Below, in pieces: positions 12,451 through 24,142 of a stretch of 64,000 nucleotides of DNA (the first letter of the stretch is position 1; each line of letters starts with the position of its first letter). Source of the DNA: Geosiphon pyriformis uo1 (lineage: Eukaryota; Fungi; Glomeromycota); NCBI GenBank assembly GCA_016748015.1, contig JAAOMT010000514.1, positions 175,866 through 239,865 of the forward strand, read 5' to 3'. Made by a program: the position numbers and the translations under genes. Under the pieces are notes generated by a model. The model worked only from the letters and a program-made list of their open reading frames with translations, had not been told where the DNA came from and did no database searches.

Positions 12451-12602
12451 AACAGCAATAACAGAGCCAACAGTGGCCTCGTAATCGAAAAACAGTTTTG
12501 ATTTATCGTACTGAATGGTAAAAAACTTCTTTCAAAAAAACTTTTGACTCTTTTTTGGAAATTTTGGACGAAGGAGAGAAAGAAGTTTTTTTTATTAATT
12601 TT

Positions 12603-14000
12603 GTAATAATTTTAAATTAATATTTTTAAAATGTTAAAATCAAATAAATATTATCAATTTAAAAAAATCATTTGTGATTTAAACAAAAAATAATAAATTT
12701 TAAAATAGATTTTAATATTAAAAAAAGATATATAAATAATTTAAATAAAAAATATTTGTTTAAATAATAGTTTTTTAAAAACTACAAACTCCAAATATTA
12801 AATTAAAATATTACTAAAACTATTAAATAAATAATATAGTTAAAAATAGAAATATATTAGTTGTTTATATATATAAAATGTTTTTTTAAGGTAAATTTTT
12901 ATATTAAATTCAACATAATTTAATTTTAACTAATTTGTATTTAATTATGTAAATTATATTATTTAAAAATATTAAATTATTGTATTATAATAAATAATAA
13001 TAAGACTTTACATATTAAATAAATAAATAAAAAGCACAAAAAAAATATAAAATTCAAATATATTATTATTAATTAAAAACATTACAAAAAACATTAATTA
13101 TTATTATAATTAAAAATATTATTGTTGTTTAATTAATTAAAAATTTATAATCAAAAATTTATTTTTATAATATTAGTATTTACAAATCTGTTTTTTGGTT
13201 TTAATAAAATGAATTTAAAAGTATTGTGGTAAAACAAATTATTTTAAATTAATTAACTAGTTTTTATATGTTTTAAAATATTTTATTATTTGTAAAAAAA
13301 AACTTGTTTTATTCAAAATACAAATTTAAAATTTCGTTTTAATAATATTAATATTAAAAATAATTGTTAACTGTTTTGGTAAAAAACTAGATTTATCATT
13401 GATAAGAAAATAAAAATTTTATTTAAATACTAATTATTTTTGAATTATATTGTTTAAATAAAAATAACATTAATACAACTGTAATATATTAAAATAAACA
13501 AAATTTGTATAATTTTTTTTTAATCTGCAAGACTAAAATAAATACATTCCTATAAAATAGCTATAATTGGCTTAATTAGTTAATCACATGTAAAAAAAAA
13601 TTGCATTATTATTATTAAATAAATAAATAAATAAATAAATTTATATATTATAAAAATTTCTATTTTCTATGTTTAAATTATTATTTGTTTTTTATAATTA
13701 ATTATTATTTTATTTATTATATATTACTTATATTTTTTATGACTATTAAAAATTCAATTTTTATTTGTCAACTAATTTTTATATTTTAAAATAATTAAAA
13801 AATAAAATTTTAATTATTTTATAGTTAAAACAAATAATTTCAATTTTTAATATGAAAAATTATTACAATCTAATTGTAATAAGTTAAAGTGTCATTTTTA
13901 ATTATTATGCAATATATATCTTTATTATTTATAATCAGTTGTTTACACATTTTCGCTCTAATTGTTATGAAGTCAAATTATAAATATTAAGATATGTAAG
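12603..14000. other. Extremely AT-rich low-complexity block
   Basis: Almost entirely A/T, no ORFs, (TAAA)n at ~13616-13640. Confidence 0.8.
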
Positions 14001-14446
14001 AAATAAGAGTATGATATTACTCTTCTAAATAGTGTATGCCATTATCTATAAATTTGAACTCGTTCAAATTACTGAAAATAATAAATTCTGCCAAATAAAT
14101 TGGGTTTTAAATTCCTTTTTCACGAAAAAACTTTAAACGGGATTTGCCTATACTAGTCATTTGTCGTACAAGTTTGACAACCATATTGGGAGAATTGGTA
14201 CGCTTTATCAACTTCGTCGTTTCCCGGATCATTTAGTGATTCAAAGTTAGCCAAGGAATGATATCGTTATTACCCAATGAACCAACTTAACAAACCGCGA
14301 GTGCAGGAATTATGGCACAACTTAGAATATTTGACAGCGATAAATTTATAGGGTGACTCTAAATCAAAGAATGTCCATCAAGTGATCGATGAAAACGACG
14401 GAGTTAACGAGCTGATTTACTGTTACTTTAGATTCAGAAATTCTAA

Positions 14447-15766
14447 TTATTCTGATACTTTTGGTCCTTCCACTTCATCTTTAGTATTTTCGCCATGATA
14501 TTCCACAAATAAACGTTTTGGTCCTCGAAGTCCTTGCGCTAGTATTTGAAGGTATTAATTGAGTCATGGCGAATCATTTACTAAAAAACACAAAAACTAC
14601 CTGCTACATCAACAATCAAGTATTTGTAGACCCATTTTCCTTTTTCGTTCTGAAAGATCGATAAAAAGGTAAAATGTAAATTAGTTAACCATTTGATATG
14701 CCTTTTAAATTTTAAAATTACCACGCTTACATACTTTGATCATATCCAGCAACGCAACGCCATCGTTCTCTGGTCCTTCTACATAAAAGTGCAATAAACG
14801 ATGTTCTGTGCCATCTGTATTCTTGACAGCTTGATAGCTTAAGAAATTATAATCCCAACGTGTGATTGATTGATCAAAAGAGAATAAACTATGAGTTAAA
14901 AAAGATTCGTACCTAACTCTTCGATTTCGTTGTCTGGGACTATGACTCGGTCCCCCATGTCCCTGAATTCATTTCAGTAGAAGGATGTGGTAATTAGCAA
15001 CAAAAATAAAATTGATCAACTTTGAGGTAAATCTTGAAGCCAAAGGCATGGTCCTTAAACTAACCTTAATTGGGGAACCAAGTAAGCGTTGACACTAGAG
15101 AGTGAATTAATATTAAAATAAGTCCAAAAAGGGCCTAAATAGACAAATATATTCATCGAACCTACTCACTTCCGGGTTGGCCCTGATTTTATCTAATGCT
15201 TCACCGAAAATCTTGGTTGAACTATTAGACCCAAATAATTCAGCAAAAATCAAATATACGAGGGAGCCTTGCGAATTGACGAGGAACTGCTGTCATTTAT
15301 GGTTCATCCCTTTGAATTCCTTGCTTTTTGATATTCGGATTGAATCATGGAAAAAAAATTGAATAATTCACCTACCGAATATTCCAACTCCGAGCACCAC
15401 TATTCCGATATTTGTCGTAGCTTTGGCGGCTCCGGCAACTTGAAGTGTCAGACATAAAAATAAGTTCTCAAGGAACTTCAAGATTTTACGACCAAGGTAA
15501 AAATAGTTACCTTTTTGGGATCGGGTTAATTGATTCCATTTTGGAAACTCCTCACGCTCAATTACGCCTTTTGACCTAAACTCCGCTCGTATTGCTTTGG
15601 TGTTGCCAAAGTGGCGTTTGATAAAAAAAGGACGAAATCCTGTGGAGTCATGTAGGCGCATTTTCAAATTGTCACTGCACAAAATGTCCATCTTATGGAA
15701 GCTTAGTGAGCGTCGAAAAACACTGTTTAATTTGAAACGAGGAGCCTTGTGCCAAATAGTGAACAT
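14447..15766 (-). CDS. TIM21: Mitochondrial import inner membrane translocase subunit Tim21 (8 exons)
   Basis: Exons 15766-15511, 15438-15376, 15267-15170, 15094-15065, 14962-14913, 14837-14735, 14649-14601, 14538-14447; GT-AG, phases consistent. Basic presequence, W..LT..QKV, TM segment, ELFGSNSSTKIFGEAL, LLGSPIKGHG, HFYVEGP, WVYKYLIVDV. Confidence 0.88.
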
Positions 15767-15941
15767 CTGTCTTTTATTTAATCGTGAGGCAAAATGAAAC
15801 TTTTGAAGGTCCAAGTGTGAGCAAATAAAAATATGAAGGGATCTGACAAATGTTTTATTCCAAGATTATCTTTTAGATAACGTTAGTTGATAGGCTGATA
15901 GGTCCATAAATGCTCGAGAGATGCAAATTGGAGTTAAATCA
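15767..15941. promoter_or_regulatory. Putative bidirectional promoter between TIM21 and SDH4
   Basis: Only ~175 bp separate the two divergent predicted start codons. Confidence 0.6.
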
Positions 15942-16669
15942 ATGGCTTTGAAAATTGTAAATAGCACTTTTCGTTTGGGTCGACCTGACCAACTTTTGCG
16001 GGTACCCCGTCTGGTTCCAAAAGCCGAGTTTCACGTTGGTGAGTTTCTCTCTGGGAAGGATAGTTTTCCTTGAAGACTTTCAATCATAATAATCAGTGTT
16101 AATGTACTAGTTCTCCTAGTTAATGTTTTTTTCTGGATTATTTAATCGTTTATTATTTCGATACTTCATTAGGTCGCATTCTTTCCATTCAATCTTCAAA
16201 GGTGGTTCATGATGGCGCCTGTAAGACATTCAAAATTCAACTAGATCTTTGATTTTCACTACACAACCTTACCTCGTTTTTTTTCTTTCCTGACACAAAA
16301 GCTTTCATTAAAGGGAGTGTGAATGATCCAGTAATACTTCCACCTCGTGATAAAGTGACCGGATCCTATCATTGGTCCTTTGAGCGCTTTTTATCTATTG
16401 GGCTTATTCCATTGACAGTTGCCTCTGTAGTAAATGGAGCACATCCCATCACAGATCTCTTCTTAGGTGTAGCCTTACCGATTCATTCACATATTGGATT
16501 CGATAGTATTATCACTGATTATTTACCGGCCAGGCGTGCTCCCATTATGAATAAGGTATCTACTTGGGGTTTAAGAGGGGCAACTTTAGTAGTCCTTTTA
16601 GGCTGCTATCAGTTTAACACCAACGATGTTGGTATTAGTGAACTGGTCAGGAAAATTTGGCATGTCTAG
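15942..16669 (+). CDS. SDH4: Succinate dehydrogenase cytochrome b small subunit (CybS/Sdh4; 3 exons)
   Basis: Exons 15942-16038, 16173-16220, 16301-16669. CybS motifs GSYHWSFER, HSHIGFDSIITDY, YQFNTNDVGISE..IW. An alternative in-frame ATG lies at 15921. Confidence 0.92.
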
Positions 16670-17193
16670 ATTTTGAAATTTGCCCTAAAATAGAAATTAT
16701 TTACAATCGAATAGAAAATGTAGGCATTATTGACTCAGATTTGATTTATTCTGCAATTTACTATTTCATACTTATAAAAAAAGAATTTTAATTTATTCTA
16801 GACATGTTTTTTTGTAAATATGTATTAGAATTTGGCAATTATTCATCTTATTAGAACTAGAAAGGTTATTTTACCAGCAACATATTACTTCTCGTTTTTT
16901 TTTTGATTGCTTTAAAAGAAATAATTATCAAACACATTTTTTATAGATTATTTATATTATAAAATGTTATAAATTCTATTATTTAGTAAAACGCAAATAA
17001 GCGTAAAATGAATAAATAAATATATACATATATTTATTATAATTAATATTTTTGTCTGTTTTATTCAAATAGTTATAAGTATTTAGTTTTGATAAGTTTA
17101 TATTTTAATTTCAATAATAATGTTTTTTAAAATAAAAATTTATACTGAAAATATTTTTTAAAATTAATAATAATCAATAAAAATTATAAATAT

Positions 17194-17225
<32 letters not shown>

Positions 17226-17757
17226 GTAAATCAATAACTTTAAAAATCATCAAATAAGAAAATAACAATAATTCGATATAAATATTATAAATATTAATAA
17301 TATAAATGATATTTAAAATTAAGTAAAATGTATTAAATTAAATTCATTTACATAAAATTTATTTTTAATCATTTTTAGTATTTTTGTTCAAATAAGTTAT
17401 AATTAATATATTGAAAACATTTATATTTTAAAAAATTAAAAATTAGTATTATTTCTTCCAATTGAATTAATTACATTATTAATCTCTAAATATTATCACG
17501 TGTTTCCATTTTTTCTAAAACAATAAATTAAATTATCATTAAGATTCCAATTATCGCGAAACAGTTTAAATTAACATAACTTTATGAAAATTCAAACATC
17601 GAAAAAAAATGTGGTTGACAAACTCGCCCACCGCTACCTATTCGAGGTAAGCTGAGCTCATTCAAATTAAGTTTTTCTTATTGATGCCGTAAATTCCCTT
17701 CTTCCCAATTTACAATTATATTTCAAGTCAAATTTTCAACTTTCGAATATAAAAATC

Positions 17758-18729
17758 TTATTCAAGCCTCATTTTCCCTTTACTTTTTCTTAGAACCTCT
17801 ATTTTGGCATCTTGTATTAAAAAATCATACCAGAAACCAACTAATGGAATAGTGCTTGCATGCCAAAGAGCATGTGCATCCAAGATTCCCCAAATAGGAG
17901 GAAAATCAAAAATCTCTAAACACATGGCCACAGTAATGTATAAAACTGCTGATAAAGGCTTCCAGGCATCATCAGGTCGTTTCCTCCAATTACGTATCGA
18001 CCACCAAATCCATATAAAATTATGAACTGCTCCGACACTACCATTAGCCAATATATTATATCCGTAATCGAATTTGACAAATGTCAAGTATGAAACGTGT
18101 AAAATAAAAGCAAGAAAACAAAGTGCTCCAAGTATTATTGTTTTTGGGGTGCGGAGATCGAAAACTCGAATTGTTGTAAAAAAAACAGAAAATAAGATTG
18201 AAAAAGCAGCTGAGAAATAATCCAATTTCTCAGTTTCCGGAAAATCTCTAGTATGATACACTGAAGACCAGAACCAAGTGTTGATGCAGGCGTAAGCATA
18301 ACCAAAATAAATATTTTTCATGTAATAATTATCAGAGATTTGATTTTTCATGACCTTGAGATACCGATAATGCATGAACCCATTTAAAAAGCTGAATAAT
18401 ACGCTTGCTGGCTCTTGTATACCCCAAAGGCGATAGAATGGCCATTTTCCATAATATTGAACAATTTCTCCTCGAGTTTCAATTGCATGAGTAGTGATTT
18501 GATGCATACACTTGTAGCTGCAGTCATCTTTACAAGACCAGGCAAATAATTGTAAAATTAAAGGAAGACTTGGATTTAACGAGCAGGTTTCTTTCAAACA
18601 AGTTGCAACACAAGTTTTGAATTCGTTTGAATTATCGCCGGGTGAAGCTTTGGTTGAAGGTAGGAAATAAACCAGAAAAATACTCAACGTCACGAGCAAA
18701 GTTAACTTTAAAAAGGAGAAACACGCCAT
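17758..18729 (-). CDS. PER1: Per1/PGAP3 GPI-anchor remodelling protein (intronless)
   Basis: Signal peptide followed by ASPGD; WSCKDDCSYKCMH, QYYGKWPFYRLWGIQEPASVLFS, WSSVYHTRD, EKLDYFSA, LEIFDFPP..ILDAHALWH. Confidence 0.95.
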   Translation of the reverse strand: MACFSFLKLTLLVTLSIFLVYFLPSTKASPGDNSNEFKTCVATCLKETCSLNPSLPLILQLFAWSCKDDCSYKCMHQITTHAIETRGEIVQYYGKWPFYRLWGIQEPASVLFSFLNGFMHYRYLKVMKNQISDNYYMKNIYFGYAYACINTWFWSSVYHTRDFPETEKLDYFSAAFSILFSVFFTTIRVFDLRTPKTIILGALCFLAFILHVSYLTFVKFDYGYNILANGSVGAVHNFIWIWWSIRNWRKRPDDAWKPLSAVLYITVAMCLEIFDFPPIWGILDAHALWHASTIPLVGFWYDFLIQDAKIEVLRKSKGKMRLE

Positions 18730-18953
18730 GAAAATTACGGAAAAAAAATACTGGTGTCCATTTTAGTGACACGTCAGATGCACTAATCTGCTTTTAATCA
18801 TTAATGAATCAACGGGTTTTTTGTTGTGTAGATTTTTTAGCAAAAACAGAAAAGATATTGACTTTAAATGTCATAATAAGCATTTATAATATATAAAATT
18901 AGACATATTATTATAATTTTTTATAAATTTGTTAAAATTATGTTTAAAATAAA

Positions 18954-20025
18954 GGGAATTGCTAAATCAACCCACCCGCAACACGTGATATCATTTACGT
19001 CATAGTTTCGTATTCAACTATATATAGGAACATATTAACGAATATTATGGTTGTCCACAACGAAGTGTTTTATAATTAAAAAACACTTCGTTGTGGACAG
19101 GTCCGAATATTATGGCCTTGTTTTTTACAAATTTTACATTTACATACTTGAATTTGAGAAGAAAAATTTTCAACAATTTCAAATTGGGATAAATTTCGTT
19201 GAATAGATGATTCTTGATGAGCAATATTTTGTTTAGAGCGATTTAAAGTACTTAAAGGACGTTCTTAAGTTCGTTAATTAAAAAGATTCTCAATTGCAAG
19301 AGATGTGGTTGAAATCTGAATTAATTGAGTCTATTTTTCAAAGAGGTGCCTGTTCATTATAAATAGTCTTTGAAATTGCATGTTGTTTAAGATCTTCCTG
19401 TCATAATGCTGTTAAAATTGTCTTTGGTGCAATGCCTGCACTTAACGTTTGTGAAACTAATACTTTTTTTTTGGATTTAAGTCGTCAAGCAGTAGGATGT
19501 TCAGCAATATTATCAGATGGTTCATGATTATGTTCAGCATTGCAAACTGTTAAATGCCAGCGTTCATCAGCTTTGAGTAATCGTTCATATACAGTAAAAG
19601 GGCAGTTTGTTAATCGAGTTGCTGTTTTTCGTTGTTGATCTTCTAATACAAATCTTTTAGAAGCATTATATTCATTTCTCCGATCACATTTAAAAGTAAT
19701 ACGAGTACCATTAGCAGCAGAGCGTCGTTTTGTAACTACATATCGTTGGGAGTATCTAAAGGTTTTAAGACTTTGTATCATCATCTCACAAGAGCTATAT
19801 GATGTTTCTGGAGATGGTAACATCAAATGAATATAATCTGTAATTTTATAAAAAGATGTAATTACTTGTAAAATCAAAAGAAAACTTATTAAGTTTATTC
19901 TAGAGCTCTATAAACTCGTTAATATGTTTCTATATATAGTTGAATACAAAACTATGACGTAAAATTATATCACATGATGGAGGTGGTCGATTTAGCAAAA
20001 AGGGTGGGTCGATTTAGCAATTCCC
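18954..20025 (-). mobile_element. Non-autonomous Mutator-like (MULE) DNA transposon with FAR1/WRKY-type DNA-binding remnant
   Basis: ~88-bp TIRs (GGGAATTGCTAAATC... / ...GATTTAGCAATTCCC). 8-bp TSD AAAATAAA at 18946-18953 and 20026-20033. Internal ORF 19485-19877 has FKCDR...TNCPF...WHLTVCNAEHNH. No DDE core is recognisable. Confidence 0.85.
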
Positions 20026-21541
20026 AAAATAAATTATTATTAACATCTATTTTTTAAATAATTATTATCATATTTTTTATTTATATTATAATTTATAGTA
20101 GTTACTAATAATTATGTATACAATTTTTTTAATTAAATAAAAACAAAAAAAATTTAACTATAAACAATCTTAAAAAATATTAGTTAAATTAAAAGTTTTG
20201 TTAATAAAAAAATATATGTATATATAAATAATTAATAAAATTATAAAAATAATTCAAGTTATAATACAAATATATAATATAATAATAGTAATTTAATTAA
20301 AAATAATAAGATTTTTTTATTTTATTTAATAATTATAGTATTATTAAACAAAAAATTATTATTATTTATTTATTTATTTTTTAACAAATATATTTTAAAT
20401 TAAATATTTTTTGATAATTAATTTATTTAATTTTTGGTTATACAATTTCAAAATTTTGTTTTAAAAAATATTATATATCATAATAAATTAATATTTTTTA
20501 AAAATTGAACTTTTAAATTTTTATTAAAATTTTTTGTTTTAATATTATTGAATAAAAAAGTCCAACTTAAAAAAAAAGAAAAAGTGTATTTTAATTAATT
20601 TAGAAAATTATTTATTAACAAAATAAATGTGTATTTTTATGTAAAAATAATAATTTTTAATATTTAAATAATGCTTGTTAAATATCAATTTCAAATGAGT
20701 TTATAACTCTAAAATCCAAAAATCAATAAATTAAATCACAAATCTAACCCTAATCTAGAAAAGTCTAGAATGAATTCATGCGTGGCTATTAAAAAAAAAT
20801 TAAAGTTTTTGGACCAAATAGATTAAAATCATAATAATAATACTGTACGTGCGACTCTTGATAGAATCATTGGTCTTATCAAAAATAAGCTCAAGCGGTA
20901 GATTATCCGAAGTGAGAAGCGTGAGAGAAAATCCTTTAGTATATATCGTTTCCTAATATGATATGAGAGATGAATAATAAGGTTTACCCTGGAAATATTT
21001 CATTACTTTAAAGCCCAAGCAGAAATTGAAAAAATCAGATGGTAAGAATTGGTAATGGTGTTACTGTTTGGTTCATCATGAAAAAACTTTAAAAAGTTAG
21101 CAATTTCCATTGTCTTACCCTTTTAAAACGGCAACACGGTTTCACCGCTTCAATCAAATATTCATGGGGTACTTTAAAAGTTCTAGATCGGAAAATTCTC
21201 AGAAAAATTCGGATTACTATGGAAAGTTATTCTAAATTAGAGTGGGTAAAAAAAACAACCAACAAAAGTTGGCAGTGATGTGAAGAAGATAATTTAAAGA
21301 GTCATATAAAGACCATGTAGAGCAGAGGGCACCCAGTGCCACATTCAAACTTTTTGCAAAAAAAAAATATAATCCCAAATATCAATCATCCTCAATAATT
21401 AAATCTTTTAATAATCGAGAAGCTGTTATTCAATTTTTTAAAATAACCTGCTATTGCCCACAAACTTCCTTCCACTAATTTATGTATTTATATTGCATTA
21501 TTTTATATTACATATTTATTTGAAAATTTGGTTATACACAC

Positions 21542-23747
21542 ATGACATATCCTACTCGTGACCTATCAAGTCAACTGGTTCAAGCGCTTCGTGATAAGAT
21601 TAAAGGTCAAGTATTTGCGAAAGGTGAAGAAGGGTAAGCAAGTAGTCAATTTTTTACTTTTCTAGGATAGATTCCTAAAAGCTAAGTTAATTGCCCGTCA
21701 ACATTTTTTTAATTTTTTTTTGAATATAAATACAGGTATCAAGCTGCTAGACAAATTTTCAATTCAGGAATTGAAGCCTCACCTCTCATTTTGATAAAAG
21801 TCGAGGATACTGAAGATGTTTCAAAGTAAGTTTAATTTTCAATCAAGTGATTAAATGAAATTCTTTTTTTTCTTTGATATCATATCATCGATTCAATATG
21901 GTCTTTATGAAGATGGCAACAACAACAACAACAACAATAATAATAATAATAATAATAATAATAATTTCTTTGGTCGGAATAAAGAGCAATCAGATTCGCA
22001 AATGAACATCGGCTGACAGTTTCTATCAAATCTGGCGGACATGGTGTTCCCGGTTGGTGTATCAAAGGAGAATTAGTGATCGATCTTTCACAAATTAATT
22101 ATATAAGAGTTGATGTTCCTGAGCCGCAAGGATCCAATAGAAGTTATGGAACATCAGATGATGAAGATTCAATGCTTCCAAGTCCTCCTCATGCTCACGG
22201 AACAGTAACGTTTGGTGCTGGTTGTTTAGTACGTGAAATTGATCAAGAGACTAGTAATTGGGGCTATCACATGCCATTAGGTGCATACCCATCTGTTGGT
22301 ACATGTAAGTAACTATTATTTTTCAATATATTCTTGAAAAATTAGCTGTTTATCTTTATACCCTCCTGTTTTCCTTCTTTTGTGAGAAGTTTTCAGCTTT
22401 TAAGATTTCAAATTAAGATTCCATGGTAATTTTAACTTTTGGTCATCTTCGGTTTTCTGAAAAGCTCTTATTCTTGGTGGCGGTATTGGATTCCTATCAC
22501 GAAAGTATGGATTATCTATGGATAACTTGATTGAATGTGATGTGGTATTGGCAGATGGAAGAATTATTACGGCAAGTGAAACAGAAAATCCAGGTTTGGA
22601 TTTAAATTATGATTATTCTTCATCTATAATTCTTTATGATTCAGATCCATAATAATGAGAATTTGCTTCCTTTTTTTGAACAATTTCATTTAGAAATTTT
22701 TTGGGCTTTGCGAGGTGCTGGAACGACGATTGGTGTTGTAACGCGTTTCAAATGCAGAATTTATAGTATCAAAAGAGTATTTTCTGGTCATTTAATTTAC
22801 TCTTTCAACACCAATACAACTCCCGCTTTAATTTCTCACTGGCGTGATTGCGTAAAGGATGTACCACGAGAATTATTCAGCTCCGTTATATTCACAGCGG
22901 GACCTACACGGGGCACTGGAATCATCATTATTCAAATTTGTTATGTAGGAAATGAAATAACAGGAGGTCATTATGTTGATACCATTGCCAGTTTTCCTGG
23001 TGAACGTTGCCTTATGAAAGATGTTTTTACTCGACCATTTGTTAAATGGCAAGAAAGTGTGGCAAACGTTCTAAAACACGGAAGTAAGTCATTATGAGTT
23101 TCAGATATTTTGTTTTTGAAAATTTTGCTTATTTATCGAAATGGGGCGTTTTATAATCTTAAAGGTGGTAATAGATATTTCATCAAAGGGGATTTGATCA
23201 ATCAATTACCTGATGAGTTAATCACAAGAACTGTTGAAGCATTTGCAAATGGCAATACACCTGGAGCTGGTATGATCCAAGTATTTCGTTGGAGATTTTT
23301 ATAATATTTTCAATCTCAATTTTGAACTTTTCACTTTTATGTAGTTTGGATGATTCAGATGGCTGGTGGTGCCATCAATGATATAGCCCCAGAAGCAACT
23401 GCATTTTCACATCGTGATGCTAAATTTGAAGTGGTAGCCATTCTGCAATGGAAAGATAAAGAAAGTGATCAACGGGTTATGGCAGAGGGAAATGGGGTAA
23501 GTTTATTTTATTTCCCGAGTTAATTAAGCGGCCAATTCTCAAAATTAATTTTCATTTAAAGTGGCTTCGAACTGTGGTCGCTCCACACTCGGTCGGTGGT
23601 CCATTTCCAAATACACTCGGACGGGATGATCCGATCGAGAGAGTAATAGGATGTTTTGGTCGAGAAAATTATGAAAGACTTGTTCAGATTAAGAGGAAGG
23701 TAGATCCTTATAATCTCTTTCGATATAATTTTGGATTGATTAGATGA
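21542..23747 (+). CDS. FAD-linked oxidoreductase, berberine-bridge-enzyme-like (FAD_binding_4 + BBE; 8 exons)
   Basis: Exons 21542-21633, 21736-21825, 21985-22304, 22465-22593, 22694-23083, 23165-23269, 23345-23496, 23562-23747. Motifs [62 protein letters not shown]. Confidence 0.9.
21917..21964 (+). repeat. Compound microsatellite (CAA)7(TAA)9 in intron 2
   Basis: Read directly from the sequence. Confidence 0.9.
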
Positions 23748-24142
23748 ATGATCGTGGCCTCTTTTTATCTTCAATCAAACCGGCGACTCGATAAGCCTGT
23801 ATTTAAATAAGTTTGTGAAAATAGTATTAGATTTGTCAATCTTTGCCGTTTTTCTTCACTTTTTCATATTATACATATTAACAATACGATTATAACTAAT
23901 CATATTCTGAAAGGTATCCTAGTAAATACACATCTTTTACAATACAAAAATTCATTAGCATTTCGATGTATAATTTTAATAATAAATATTAATTGGGTGA
24001 TCAGATAAAAATTGGAATTGAGCCATTATGCTTCTCACTTGAATAGTGATTTAATTGTATACGTCATCGTTATGCCGAAAGATAAAACTAAGGAGTGACG
24101 AAATGGTAACTTCTAGCTAGATCTTTTTCCTTTCATACAGTT

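Larger units (their letters stand above)
5839..12591 (-). mobile_element. Full-length non-LTR retrotransposon (LINE; ORF1 + APE-RT-RNaseH-CCHC ORF2)
   Basis: Poly(A) tail (T-run 5835-5850). Candidate 11-bp TSD TTATTAATTTT at 5828-5838 and 12592-12602. Two long ORFs. The 5' end matches that of the second copy at ~60745. Confidence 0.95.

Noticed and set aside
5916-12484. Many plus-strand ORFs over the LINE
   Set aside because: Antisense shadows of ORF1/ORF2 without recognisable domains.
14212-14403. Possible structured ncRNA (CTTCGTCGTTTCC pairing with GAAAACGACGGAG) downstream of TIM21
   Set aside because: Only one imperfect ~12-bp stem and no snoRNA, tRNA or riboswitch motifs; most simply 3' UTR. 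An Rfam cmscan would settle it.
15368-15814. ORF-track start and end for TIM21
   Set aside because: It uses a TTG start and reads through introns; replaced by the spliced model starting at ATG 15766.
21880-22065. ORF with poly-Tyr/poly-Cys
   Set aside because: Antisense translation of the intronic (CAA)n(TAA)n microsatellite.
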